From IMG/VR virus record IMGVR_UViG_3300045988_172778, positions 64,001 through 128,000 of that record: 64,000 bases of DNA; one strand, 5' to 3'. Position numbers and translations under genes: made by a program. Below, piece by piece: positions 1-12,428 of this stretch. The notes beneath the pieces were generated by a model. It was not told the origin of the DNA. It saw only the letters and a list, made by a program, of their open reading frames with translations, and ran no database searches. Positions within the stretch are counted from its first letter, which is position 1. The number at the start of each line of letters is the position of its first letter. Source of the stretch: a virus.

Positions 1-1
1 G

Positions 2-460
2 TTGAAAAAAGATATAAAAATAGACTTAGAGCGGAAATTAGAGAAAGTGCGAATTCCGTGCATGAATTATCTAAAGGAAAACGCTCTAAGAATTTTTAAA
101 GAGAAAATAACAGAGGTTTATAAAATAAACTCTGATAGAATACAAGTAATAGATTTACCCCTATTTTTAAAAACTGTAACAATACAAGACAAAGATAAGT
201 GGAGTTTTGATATTTTTATTGACGAAGATTTGTTAAATTTTAAAACTAAAAGTGGTGAACAGATTTATCAATACTCTAATGACGGGATGTTTTATACTAA
301 CAACGAAGAAGTTCATAATTTAGATGAATATTGGCATTCACCTATAAACGGGAAGAGTGAAAATAATTGGTATAAAATTGAAATTTGGAAAGAACTTAAT
401 ACTTTTTTAAAAAATGATTTTACACAATATGTAAAAGACAGATTAATGGAGGTAAAATAA
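2..460 (+). CDS. hypothetical protein directly upstream of the tape measure gene (chaperone-like position); may be 5' truncated by the window edge
   Basis: ORF from TTG at 2; its stop abuts the ATG at 461; no family recognised. Confidence 0.5.
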   Translation: MKKDIKIDLERKLEKVRIPCMNYLKENALRIFKEKITEVYKINSDRIQVIDLPLFLKTVTIQDKDKWSFDIFIDEDLLNFKTKSGEQIYQYSNDGMFYTNNEEVHNLDEYWHSPINGKSENNWYKIEIWKELNTFLKNDFTQYVKDRLMEVK

Positions 461-3400
461 ATGAAAAAAACTGACAAAATCGGTGTTGAAATATATTTGA
501 AACAATATGAAGATATGTTTAAACAGTATCAAGAACTTTTAAACAAAGAAATGGGCAATCATAAAGATATGCTAACTTCGATTATGAGAGAGCAACTTGA
601 TGATCTCAAAGATACTTATAAACTTCCAATGGACAAAATCCGAGAAATAGAAGATCGTATTTTGGCGCCGAAATTAAAAGAACAGGCTGAGAAAGCAGCA
701 CAACAAGCTAAAAAAGACGCTGAGGATTATTTGAAGAAGAACCAGGAGACTATCAATAAGGCATTAGGTGTTAATAAAGATAGTATGAAAACACTCTTAG
801 AGACAAATAATTTAGTAGTCGAAAGTAGTAAAAAAGCTCTCGAGGACGCAAAAAAAGCGAAAGAAGCCATAGAGAAACAAGATAAAAAAATGAAGATGGA
901 TAGAGTTAGGGGTGAAAGAACTCTTAAGGCTCAAAAGGCAAGAGCGGAAAAAGAGAGCCGAATGAGAGAGGAACAGGCTAAATCGATGTATTTTGAAGCC
1001 GCACCATCTTCTGATTATGAAGTGATAAACGTGCCTGGATGGGGGCATGATTATAAACATAAAAAAGCTAAAACTGCAAAAATGAGGAGTGGGAAAGAAG
1101 TAGATTTAGGTAACGTAAGGCAATTATCCGTTACCAAATTAGCATCTCTTATAACTCATAATTTTGAAGATTTTGAAGCTTTGGCAAAAGAAAATGCAAA
1201 GAAAATTGCTGATTTTGAATCCAAACATGGTAAAACCCCATTAGACAAAGATAAAGCTAAGGAACTTTCCGATCTTAAAACTTTACAACGTGAATATGAA
1301 GATGCTAATCTAAATTTAACAAATGCCCAAAAAAGAGGAACTGCATTTCATAAAGTGGTCGAGCTTGTAGAAAAAAGTGAAATTTCTTTGGATGAATTAA
1401 CAGAAGATAGATTAGAAGAACTTGGAAAGCAATATGACGAAATCGGGGAAGGGCTTAAACTTCAACAAAGAACCAAAAATGGCAAATTAAGGTCTGTTAA
1501 ACAAAACAAACAAATTTTAGATCTCGTAAAAAAATATGACGAATTTAAAAAACAAGCTGGGTTAAAGGGGCAAACAACTACAGAAACTCCGCTTGGGATG
1601 CTTGTAGATCTTGGTGACGAGGTTGTAGAAGTAGTAGGAACGTTTGATAGTATTTTCAACGAAATGTCGACCCTTGTGGACTTTAAAACTAGTAGCAGAG
1701 TCGATGTAAAAAAAATAGGAATACAGCTAAACTTACTCAAAAAAATGGCGCTCCTTAATCCCAAGTTTATGAAAGCCAAAGGGATAAAGGGTAGCCTCGA
1801 CGCGTTGAAAGTTTTCCATTTGCCATTTAGAGGCGGAAAGGGTGGTGTTTATGACGTTGGCACCGCCGATGATGCAATGATGTGGCAGTGGATAAAATCC
1901 GCTTTCGATATTTTAGCTGGAGAAACGACGGAAAAGCCTGACGTGCCTGTCTTAATGCGTGGTAAATTAACTCTTGGCGAATGGCAGAATAAAAAAAAAG
2001 GTACAAGTGGTAGGCAGTGGTTGCTCAATAATATTTCTTTAAACGATTTAGCCAAACAATATGAAAGAGGCACTATGTCTTACGAGGAAATTATGGATAA
2101 CATAAATTCCTTAAACGAAGAAGACCGTCGGCATTTCATAAATTTGATTTGGAGCACCAAAGAATACGAAGAAAAAAAGAAAACTCAACGAGTATTTAAA
2201 GTCGTAGATGGGAAACGCGTTCCACTGTTAGATGAAAAGGGGAATGCACAATACGATGCGTCTGGCAAGCCATTATATGAGATGCAAGATATTGTGTCTT
2301 CGGTCCCCCCGAGAGAAACTGGAAAATTATACAGACAGGGCGCATTGTGGGACAAATTAAGAGGCGATTTGAATTCTTTTCAAAAAGATATTGAAGGAAT
2401 AGTTGATGATGAATACGCAAATATATCTAATAGAATGACAAAAATTCAAAATCAAATCTCGAAAATCAAAATTTCTTATATAGAAGCAAAAGAATTTGTA
2501 ACCGATGCAAACGGGAATTTAATAGAAACCACAAAAACTATGCCTGCGAATGAAAAAGAAAAGGCGAAAGAAAATAGACGGAATGAGCTAATAATACAAA
2601 GAGAGGCGTTGCGCGAACAGTTGGCTAACCAAGCCACATCTGCTTTTTCTGAACAGGTTTTTAAAACAGATCAAGGATATGGGAGTGCTCAAACCATTGG
2701 TGGCGGGTATTTATCTGAGTGGGCAAAAGCTTATCGTATTCATTCTGAGAGCGGAGATGGATTGGCGGATCAAATCGCTAACCGTTTTGTCAGTTACATT
2801 TTAAACGCTGGATTGTCTAATTTTCAACTTGATGAATTGAAGGGTGGTTTAGTTGGTATAGCGGCAAAAGATGAAGCTAATCAAGCATTTGTGGACGCTA
2901 TTCAAGATAGACTGTTGGGAAAACATTCCGTAATTGCCCCTGATTTAGAGAGAGCCCAAGAACTCGAAAGTCAAATAATAGCACTTAATAAAGAAAGGGC
3001 TTCTTTAGATAAAGATGTTTTAAATCCAAGAATAGAAGAAATCGACAAACTTGTACAACAACTAATTGCGGAACAGGATCGAGTCAAATATGCTCAAGAA
3101 GTTGGTGGGATTTTTACCGATGAATCTATCGGCATAAATGAAATGACGGAGGATTATGCTTCAGAAAAAGGCAAAAAATCCGCTCGGATGCGAGGCGAAG
3201 CCGCAACTAATAGAGCTGCTCGAATGATAAGTCGGTTAAGAGCGTTTTCAGAATATGATTTGTCCGATAAAAGTTTTGACGACGTTATGGGATTTATCAA
3301 AGGTTTGTCTGGAATAAGGAATGAATTTAAAGGATTTTTAAACGCATTGGGTTCAGATGAAAATTCCGAAATAGACGAATATGGTGTGCCTGAATATATA

Positions 3401-5568
3401 GAAAAGAGCGAAAATATTTTGGACGCATGGACCACATTTGTCCGTAATTTAAAAAATAAAGTTCGCGGGTTAGAAAATTTAGACGAAAATCAGATAGAAG
3501 AGGCGGTTCGAGGATTAGACATTTCAACTGGCGTTCAAGAAGACATTGGAGGGCTTGCTAAAAAAACGGGGCATAAATTATCTTGGTTATATCAACTTAA
3601 AGATATTTACGACGAGTTTTTATCGCCAGAGATGGAAGAGGTTAACAAAAGTCTTTCTGAAAAAGCTAAATTTACTTCGGTTGAACAATATGCAAAGTCT
3701 CGACTTACACAAGCTCAATATGAACAATATGCTTCTTCAATTGATTTTAGAAAATCCATATCGGAAGGAAAAGATTTCAGTACCGTAATAAGCCAATTTT
3801 TGGATACGCCTGAATTTCAACTAAAAAGTAATTTGGCGACTGCGTTACAAAAAGCTTTAGCAAAAATAATGGAGGCGAATCCTCAACTTTTAGATGATAC
3901 CATTTATAATATTTTTATGACACAAACTGATTTAGGCGAAGGAAATAAAATGAAATGGTGGCATGGAATTGGGGCATCTGAAAGGTTAAGAAGGGGCGAT
4001 ATTGTTAGAAATTGGGCCTACAATCCCAACGAAATCCTAACGACGAAACCCGAAATGATCGTTGAAGTAGAAGAGAGAGCAGAAGAAAAATTACGCGATG
4101 AAAGTTCGATCAGAGACGCGGTAGAAAGCGCAAGAATCAGGGCGGAACAATCAGCTAGAGAATATAACCAAAAAGCATTTGACATTAAAAAACAAATTAC
4201 GGCTCAAACTGGATTTGATATTGAAGATTATGATAAAAAATATGGATTTGATAAATATGAAAATGCTTATAAAAAATTGTATGCTTTAGCAATAAAGGTC
4301 GGGCGTGGAGAAACTGATTACAAAGATTTTATGAGAGGAGAGCTGGGGGAAACTCATCTCTCTGGTGAAACTTTACAGAAATATGAAGAGCTTCGCAAAG
4401 GATTGGAGATCGCACAACTTCAAATGGGGATGCCCGATGATATGTCCGAAGAAGCGAAAGAGTTGTTTGCTAAAAGGCAACATCTTTTCGAAGAATATTA
4501 TATTCCGTCTCTTAGAGACAAAAGTTATGTCTCTATTTTAAGGAAAAGATATGGGGTTAAAGGCGACGAATCCGATGTTTTAGCTCAGCAAGCAGCGGTT
4601 GTAAACCAGATAAAATCTCTTCCCGATCAAGCACTTTTAAACACCACCTCTGAAATAAACGATGCAAAAAACGTAGACGTCGACGCGAATTCTATTACAG
4701 TGGGTGAACCCGAAAAAGTTGAAAATAATACCGAGACGACTGAAATAAAGGCTGACACCGTGGTGATAAATGAAGCAGAAAGCTCAGCGGATGCCGAAAA
4801 ACCCACCAAACGTCGTGGGCGTCCTCGTAAAAAGAAGGCCGAAGACGTTGAAGTGGCTTCTGAATCATCTGATAAAATGGAAGTTTCATCTGACGGTGGT
4901 ACTGGAGGCGGAGATGGAGGAGGTAAAACCCCACCGAAGTCTAGCGGAAGAAAAGGCAAGAGCGATGAAGAAAAGGCACAAGCGGATACTGAAAAACGGC
5001 AGAAACAAGATATAAGGGAATACCAACTGTATATTAACAGAGTTATAAGCCTTGAATCTCAGATTGATAAACTTCAAAGGCAAGCAGCGTTAAGCGGCGG
5101 AAAGCATAAGGATGCTATTTATGGAACAATTGACGCGCTTAATGAAGAGCTTGGGGATCTTAATCGTAATAACGACGCGCTCAAACAAAGAGTTGCGACC
5201 GAACAAGCAGCAACAAAAGAATCGATTGACGCAACAGCGGCCCTTAAGAAGCAATCAAACGCGCAAAAGAATCTTGTAAGCGTAAAAGGCGCAACTTCAA
5301 TCTGGGATATGATGGCGAACGACATTCGTCGTGCAACCATGCGTGTCGCAGACTTCGGAATTGCTGCGAAGGTTTTGAACAAGATCCCGCAGGATATACA
5401 GAAGGTAATTCAGTATACGAAAGAGTTGGACGCGGCGATGACGAATATTCGTGTCGTTACGGGTGCTTCGGCGGAAGAGGCTCAAACGCTCGCACAAGGA
5501 TATACACAACTTGCAAAAGAATTGGGGATAACCACTGTCGAAGTTGCTAATTCGGCAAACGAGTGGGT
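461..5568 (+). CDS. tail tape measure protein, exon 1
   Basis: ATG follows GGAGG. Long K/E-rich coiled-coil ORF that ends inside a TP901-type TMP core (..AKELGITTVEVANSANEWV). The core continues in another frame at 6743. Confidence 0.8.
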
Positions 5569-6742
5569 TAACAAATGTCTGGCTCACTATAAACTCCTTT
5601 AATTGCTGGAACCCCCTTAGAGCCATATAACTACAACATAACGATGAAATAGGCGTAAGTGTGATAGTTAAAAATATATGGATTGGGAAATCAGCAGCCA
5701 AACCTCGAACAGAGGAAGGTTCAACGAATATGTTCCACGAGTGTGGATAATGGGGAGCTCTACATAGAGAAATCTATGCGAAAGATATATTCTGAACTTC
5801 TGAGGAAACTCAGAGAAAATTCTATAAAAGGAGGTGAAATATTTGTGATAATAGAAAGTGAAGTTAAAATGGTTATAAATCAATATAATTTTGATTATTA
5901 TAAAAATCTTGGTTACGATATTCAAAAATGTGGACAACGAATTTTTGTAAAAGTTTCTGATTTACCAAAAACATCTGGGACAAAAATCCATACGATATGT
6001 GAATATTGTGGAGAAATAGTAGAAAAATCATACCGAAGGTATATAGAATCTATCGAATGTGGGAAAAACTGTTGTTCAAAATGTTTGAAATACAAAATTC
6101 CTGAAAATGTTTTAGAAAAATACGGATGTCGTTCTACTTTAAGAATTCCAGAAATTCATGAATCGGTAACTAAAAATAATCTTAAGAAGTACGGTTGTGA
6201 AAACCCTCTTGAATCAGCAGAAATTAGGGCTAAAGGTGTTCAGACTATGCAGAGTCGTTATGGTTGTAGTTATACCCTTCAAAGTGATGAATTACGTGAA
6301 AAGTGTAATCGGACATTATATGAAAATGGGAACGATATAACTGCGACAAGCAGACAACAAAGATATTTGTGTGATTTATACAAAGGAGAATTGAATTATC
6401 CTATTTGGATTTATCACATAGACATTTTGTTGTCGGACAACATATGTTGCGAATATGATGGAAGCGGTCACGATCTTAGTGTTAAATTAGGTAATGAAAC
6501 AAGAGAAAACTTTATTAGAAAAGAAAATAAAAGAATAACCTTTTTAACAAACCACAATTATAAGTTATTTAAAATACTTTCTAACACAGATATTTTGCCT
6601 AGTGATGAGATACTTTTAAACATAAAGAAACGGGCTTTTGAAATATTAAAAGTCCGAAATTATATGTATTATGAGTACAATTTAGACACAAATATAGAAT
6701 CTTTTAAATGATAAACTAAATTTAAAAGTAACACAATTACAG
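5569..6742 (+). mobile_element. group I-like intron 1 in the tape measure gene (boundaries +/- 3 nt)
   Basis: Interrupts the conserved TMP core. P1-like pairing AGUGGGUU (5562-5569) with GGCUCACU (5581-5588) gives U.G at the splice site. G6742 as terminal G restores the frame. The 5' end taacaaatgt parallels intron 2. An internal ORF has its own SD. Confidence 0.6.
5845..6711 (+). CDS. intron-encoded homing endonuclease candidate (Cys clusters, KYGC repeats, C-terminal Vsr/EDxHD-like PD-(D/E)XK core)
   Basis: AAAGGAGGTG lies 8 nt before GTG 5845. Motifs: CEYCG..CSKC; repeated KYGC/RYGC units; CCEYDGSGHD motif. Confidence 0.65.
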   Translation: MIIESEVKMVINQYNFDYYKNLGYDIQKCGQRIFVKVSDLPKTSGTKIHTICEYCGEIVEKSYRRYIESIECGKNCCSKCLKYKIPENVLEKYGCRSTLRIPEIHESVTKNNLKKYGCENPLESAEIRAKGVQTMQSRYGCSYTLQSDELREKCNRTLYENGNDITATSRQQRYLCDLYKGELNYPIWIYHIDILLSDNICCEYDGSGHDLSVKLGNETRENFIRKENKRITFLTNHNYKLFKILSNTDILPSDEILLNIKKRAFEILKVRNYMYYEYNLDTNIESFK

Positions 6743-9700
6743 ACAAGGTTACGCAGGGGAAGAAGCCAACCAATTGATTGTCGCTTCCTCAAAACTCGCT
6801 AAACTCGGTATGATTTCGACCACCGAGGCAACTAAAGATTTGACGAGCGCGATAAAAGGCTTTAAACTTTCTACAGAAGACGCGATGTCGGTTGTCGATA
6901 AATTGACAAAAATCGACCAAGTGGCTGCAATTTCCGCAGGAAATTTAGCAGAAGGTCTCGCGCGAGTCTCTACTACCGCACAACAAGCAGGGCTTTCGCT
7001 CGACGAAACCGCCGCAATGGTAACTACGATTACCGAAGTTACGCAGCGTGACGCAAGCACGGCGGGTGAGGCGCTCAGAACTCTTATTTCGAGATACTCT
7101 AACGTTAAAGCGGGCGTATTCACGAGTATGGGAGAAGAAGCCGAAGAAACTTCTGGAAACATAAACGATATCGAAAAAGTATTGGGCAAGTTGGGAATTC
7201 GAATTCGTACTTCTGGAACTGAAATGAGAAGTATTGAAGACGTCCTTGACGAATTGGCTGAAAAGTGGAACACATTAGACGATGTAAGTCGTAATGCAGT
7301 TGCAAGTGCTTTTGCGGGCGTTCGCCAACGTGAATCATTCAATATATTATTAAGCAACTGGAACCGTGTAAAGGAACTCACTGAAGAATCTGCTAACGCC
7401 GCAGGAACCGCTGACGAGAAATACTCCGCTTACATGGACTCTATGGAGGCGGCGACGAAGCGGCTTCAAAACGCGTGGGAAGGATTTACTCAATCGCTCG
7501 AAACAAGCACGGTAATGAAATTCCTCACAAATACGACCGCCGCGATAGTCGAAAATGCCGATAAATTTAAGCTCGTTGTAACTGGGATTGCAGCCGCGAG
7601 TTCATTAAAAATTTTTGACTTCTTTACCAACAAAGGTGAAACGGGCGGATTCAAAGGCTTAATCGCCAACATCCCGTTTATAGGTAGAGGAACGAAGACT
7701 AACAATATTCTCGAAAGTATTGACAAAAAAGTCGGTAACATCGAGAAAGGCGTCGGAGCGGATTCGATAGCAAACCAAACGAAGAATGGCGGGTTATTTA
7801 AAAGAATTGGAAGCTTCCTAAAAAATGGTTTTGGATTTGGTGATATTTATGACCCAAATTCTGATACATCAATTTCAAGAAAGACACTCAGATTATATAA
7901 ACAATCCCAAAAAGGCAAAATACGTCTTGGTGATGATTTCCTGGGTTATACTAAGGGGTTAACGGATGATGAACGCGAGCTTTTAAGACTGTCAGCAACA
8001 GTAGGGCGAAAAGATTCTAAAGAAATGATGGAGGCGTATAACAAGCTTCTCAAACAGCGTAAAATCGGGAATGCCGCGATGGGTGCAACTTCTGCCGTTT
8101 TGACCAATCTGTTTACCACGAAACAAGTCGGTGGGGACATTGGCGGTTCTTTCATGAAAAATATCATGGGAATGGGCGATAACGAACAAGTTGTAGAAGA
8201 AACTGCTGGAGATAAAATTGGGAGAACAATTAGTTCTGGTATTCTTGCTGGGGTTGGAGGCTATTTCTTAGGTCCTCTTGGAGCGATGCTCGGGCAAACG
8301 CTCGGCGAGGGGTTTGCAAGCATGTTTTCCACGTGGTATCACCGTGACGAGCTCGCAATGAAGCAGCGTGTTGCCGAAGCCAAAGAAAACCTTTCTGCAC
8401 TCGGCGATATAAAAAACGCTATCGAAAATAACGAGGATTTATTAAACAAAGATTCTTACACGTCTGAGGATATCGAAAAGTTAAAAACATACGCAGATTC
8501 TTTAAGAAAAACCTTCACTAAGAATGACAATTTAGCTGAGTCGTTTTTAGATGACGTTAAGAAACTCGACATTGGAACATTTACGACAATTGAAGATATC
8601 CTCTCTCAAATAACCAAAGGTAATGCCGATATCAATAAGCAGCTTAAGAGACAATTAGAACTCACAACGGCTAGATTAACGGTGGAAGAAACTCTCGGGG
8701 AACAGGAAGAAGATAGGGCGGAAATTAATAAATATAGTAAAGACAATGGATTTAGGGTACTTCAATCGAATACACCAGGTGATTTATCAAATTTTGTCGG
8801 TCGTTTTGGATCTGTATCTAAATATGGCACTATTAGTGTGCGTAACCGTCATGCAATTAAAAAAACAAAATATGGTATTCAGGTTGCTGGAAATACTATT
8901 GAAGAACAATTTGAAAACGCAGAACAGATTTTACAAAATTTTAGGAATGCTGGTGGTAAGTATAACGATATTGCCCAGGAATGGGAAAAAGTTGTTGATG
9001 AATATCAGAAACAATTAAATAAACAAACAGAACTTAATAATGAGCTTTTATCTACTCAAGTTGATTACGCTTATTTAACTTCCGATATTTTAAACACCAA
9101 GTCTCGTGATGAAATACGTGATCTTGGTATGGAAGGCGTTGTTAAGATAATTCGTGACGAACTAATTTCGCAAGGTGTTGGTGTGGTTGATGAGAATGGA
9201 GTAATTCATCAAGACGCTTATGATGCCATCGTTAAAAAGATACGTTCTGACTCGACTTTGAGTGATTATATAACGAAAGATATTCGTTCGATTGGGGATC
9301 TTATTTCCAAAGACGATATACGAGGCATTGAATCGTTTGCAAGAGCATTTGGTTTAACAACCGAGGCGGCGAAAGAGCTTGGTAAGCAGTTTGGATATTT
9401 AACTCAATCAATGGGTTTGATGAACGTTCAAGAGACGACGGAATACTATGAGAAACTGAGTACGGTATTTTCAAATTTAAGCTCGAATGTTGCTTTGACT
9501 GCAGGGCAGATTAGCAGTCTTTTGACGACCTCTGAACTCAAAGATTTGCTTCCGTATTTGATGAACCAAGACGACCCTGACGCTTTGATAAAGGAACTTT
9601 ATAAGAGAATTTACGGCGGCGGTCAGGATGTCCATATGGAGAACGCGCTTTATGACGCGACCATGGGGATGTCGACCGATAAATTCAGAGAATACTTGCA

Positions 9701-10049
9701 AAACAAAGGGCTAAAAGAATATGCTGCTGAAATTGACAAAGGTGGGTATACCACCTTATCTCAAATTAGAGATGCGGTTAAAGAATTTGACGAGACAGAC
9801 CCGAGACGTAAAACGTTTTTGGAATATCTTGAAACGATAAATTATACTTACTCCAAAGACTTGACAGCTTTAGAGAAACCGTCCGAGTATATTAAATCTC
9901 AACTCGAAGAGCAAATAAACAATCTTCAAGAGCAAAAAGATGCTTTATCTCAAATTAATGACGAGAGAGAAAAAGAACTTAATCTAATTAAAGCGAAACA
10001 AGCGCTCGAAAACGCTCGGAAAGAAAAGAGAAGGGTTTATAGACAGGGT
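6743..10049 (+). CDS. tail tape measure protein, exon 2
   Basis: Continues the TMP core: QGYAGEEANQLIVASSKLAKLGMISTTEATKDLTSAIKGFKL..AGEALRTLISRY. There is no SD or ATG at its 5' end. Confidence 0.8.
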
Positions 10050-11288
10050 AAACAAATATGCCCTTAAGTAACTATATCGGTTAAAACCTAGAAGTAGGTA
10101 AGACCGAGGTAAGATAAATTTTAAAATGTTAATATGCAATAAAATATAAATAAATTAAAAAAGGAGGTGATGACATGGAAAATAATATTAAAGAAGATTT
10201 GATAGCGTTAACCAACGAACAGGCAAAGAAGATTAATGCTGAAATTATTGAAAGATTTACGGGGAAAGACGGTAAGGCAAAGTTAAAAATACGCTCTTTA
10301 TCATATCCCGAAAAAGGAGTAAGGGTCGTTGATCGATATAATTTCTTGCACTCCACTGCCCAATATAGATATTTTAACGCCGTGACTTGTAAAAATGATT
10401 TATTGAGACATGAAGAAATAACATCTAGAATTGATATAATTGGAGATTATATCAACACTGCGACAAAAATTTTATGCAAATGTAAAATTTGTAGCAATGA
10501 ATGGATGGTAACTCCAAACAAATTATTACAAGGTCGTGGATGCCCTAAGTGTGCTTCACAAAAAGCACATCGGGCTTACTCTAAATCACATGAAGAATTT
10601 ATAAATGAATTAAAAAACGTCAACCCTTCTATCACGATACTTGATGAATATTATAATAATCGCACTAAAATAAGATACAAGTGTAATATTTGTAATAAAG
10701 TATCTATGTCTACTCCTTGTAAATTATTAGACGGGGAGAGCGGGTGCCATTTTTGTAAAAGCTCGATCGGTGAACAGAAGATATTCTGTTTTTTATTTGC
10801 CCACAAAGTACCATTTGAGAGAGAAAAATATTTTGAAGATTGTAAAGATAAAGGGAAATTACCTTTTGACTTTTATTTATCTGATTATAATATTTGTATT
10901 GAATTTCAAGGTGAACAACATTTCCGTCCAGTAGACTTTTCATATACTCCAACTGAGGAATCGAAAAATAAAGCCGTTGAAAAATTTAAAGGTATTCAGA
11001 AGCGTGATAAAATAAAAGCAGAATATTGTAAACAGAATGGAATACGTCTTTTAATTATTGATTATAAACAAATAAAAAATATAGAAAGCATATTAACAAA
11101 AGAATTAAATTTATCAACCGTAACGACTGCAGGATCTTTGTGGTAACATAAAGATTGAAGTTACTTCAATATGTTTTAGACATATTGTAATATACAGTCT
11201 GAACTCGTAATATAACGAAATGAAATACGAGAGTAAGGATTAACGTCCTTGCCGCCACATTTATTGTGGTCATAAAAGTAACAGATTG
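10050..11288 (+). mobile_element. group I-like intron 2 in the tape measure gene (boundaries +/- 5 nt)
   Basis: P1-like pairing AGGGU (10045-10049) with GCCCU (10060-10064) gives a terminal U.G. G11288 restores the frame. Hairpin-rich 3' segment 11147-11288. An internal ORF has its own SD. Confidence 0.6.
10175..11146 (+). CDS. intron-encoded homing endonuclease candidate (two treble-clef zinc ribbons plus Vsr/DUF559-like PD-(D/E)XK domain)
   Basis: AAGGAGGTG precedes the ATG. Motifs: CKCKICSNEW..GCPKC; YKCNICN..GCHFC; FDFYL..ICIEFQGEQHF..KRDKIK. Paralog of 37798..38964. Confidence 0.7.
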   Translation: MENNIKEDLIALTNEQAKKINAEIIERFTGKDGKAKLKIRSLSYPEKGVRVVDRYNFLHSTAQYRYFNAVTCKNDLLRHEEITSRIDIIGDYINTATKILCKCKICSNEWMVTPNKLLQGRGCPKCASQKAHRAYSKSHEEFINELKNVNPSITILDEYYNNRTKIRYKCNICNKVSMSTPCKLLDGESGCHFCKSSIGEQKIFCFLFAHKVPFEREKYFEDCKDKGKLPFDFYLSDYNICIEFQGEQHFRPVDFSYTPTEESKNKAVEKFKGIQKRDKIKAEYCKQNGIRLLIIDYKQIKNIESILTKELNLSTVTTAGSLW

Positions 11289-12266
11289 ATTGGCTTCGTT
11301 ATGGAAAGCAACGAGGAAGCAATTGCCGAAGCGCAAAAAAATCTCGAGAACTTAAATACTCAAAAACGCCAAGAAAATCTTCAAACGCAAATTGACGCGC
11401 TTCAGATGCAGAAAGACATTATCGAAGCTCTTCCAAATCAGGCTCAACTCGAACAAACCAAAAAGATTTGGGAATTGTGGGCAGCGGATAAGGGAACGAA
11501 AGGAAGTCTTGCTTCTGTAACCGAAGGCGTAACGATGTTGGCGGATGCTTATACAAATGCCACAAATCGGATGAATATGCGTGCTAAAACAGAAGGGGTT
11601 CTAAATACACCTGATGAAAAGAGCAGTATGCAGACATCTGATAAAAATACTAACCCCGTTATCACCCTTAGTGAAACTCAAATAGAATATACTAAAGCCT
11701 TAGTTTCTAACGTGGATGATATTAGAAATATCTTATTAGGGAAACATACTAAAAACTTCCAAAATATGTTGGATTTCGTGAACAAAAACAACATGCTTCA
11801 AGGCGATTATGCACGGTGGGGAGAAATGTTCAGAGCTGCTGGTATATTAAACGAATGGAATTCTTTGTCTGATAAAGAGAAAGAAGCTATTAGAAGCCAA
11901 GCAAATACGAGAGCGGGTGGAGACATTTCCTTCCAAGGCGGTAAAGCTCTTATCAACGAGCTCGGAACCGAAGCGGTCATCACGCCAGGCGGCACGCTTA
12001 CCGCCCTTCCTTCGAAGACGGGTATCGTCCCTGCGGACATAACCCGAAACGTTTGGGCGCTCGGAGAAGTCGCTCCGACGTTGGTCGCACAGCTCGGCTC
12101 GCTTACGCAGAAGACGCTCTCTGGCAACGCTGTAAACACAACTTACGAAGAAGGTCAATACTTCGACAACTTTACGATGAACGTTTACCCCGCAAAGGGC
12201 GACGATTTCAACAAGATACTCGAACAGGCGCGCGCACAAATGCGACTTACGCGTCATAACAACTAA
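11289..12266 (+). CDS. tail tape measure protein, exon 3 (C-terminal part)
   Basis: Open frame with no SD. Joins ..RRVYRQG to IGFVMESNEEAIAEAQ. Confidence 0.7.
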   Translation: MGFVMESNEEAIAEAQKNLENLNTQKRQENLQTQIDALQMQKDIIEALPNQAQLEQTKKIWELWAADKGTKGSLASVTEGVTMLADAYTNATNRMNMRAKTEGVLNTPDEKSSMQTSDKNTNPVITLSETQIEYTKALVSNVDDIRNILLGKHTKNFQNMLDFVNKNNMLQGDYARWGEMFRAAGILNEWNSLSDKEKEAIRSQANTRAGGDISFQGGKALINELGTEAVITPGGTLTALPSKTGIVPADITRNVWALGEVAPTLVAQLGSLTQKTLSGNAVNTTYEEGQYFDNFTMNVYPAKGDDFNKILEQARAQMRLTRHNN

Positions 12267-12428
12267 AATGCGGCTCGATAAAAGAAGCATTTTATTATAC
12301 AAAAAAACGGTTCATTTCGGTTTTATCGCGTTTCCGTAAAAAACGCGTTACCATTAGTTTGGGTGTGGCGGTTGAGAAGACCTCCCGCCCGCCATAACTC
12401 AATAAAAAAATAAAGAGGAGGAAAAATT

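Noticed and set aside
4630-4960. Low-complexity acidic and Gly-rich stretch with multiple overlapping ORFs in other frames
   Set aside because: It lies inside the continuous TMP reading frame. The alternative-frame ORFs lack starts with an SD and are compositional artefacts.
5683-5844. Upstream TTG extension of the intron 1 endonuclease ORF, as given in the ORF track
   Set aside because: A strong AAAGGAGGTG SD sits 8 nt before GTG 5845. The upstream part is better explained as structured intron RNA.
6749-7381. 210-aa ORF on the minus strand inside TMP exon 2. Similar antisense ORFs are at 18433-19101, 24370-24882, 26005-26538, 45560-46030, 56324-56806 and 56846-57250.
   Set aside because: These are shadow ORFs opposite well-supported + strand genes. 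They have no SD, and their low-complexity composition mirrors the sense strand.
5569-11288. Inteins as the explanation for the interrupted tape measure protein
   Set aside because: The interruptions contain stop codons in the host frame, change the reading frame, and carry SD-led ORFs. There are no intein splice motifs. The DnaE and DnaB genes are of normal length and uninterrupted.
12267-12428. 160-nt intergenic region after the TMP containing small hairpins; considered as a late promoter or riboswitch
   Set aside because: No recognisable motif or repeat of it occurs elsewhere in the window, so the evidence is insufficient for a call.
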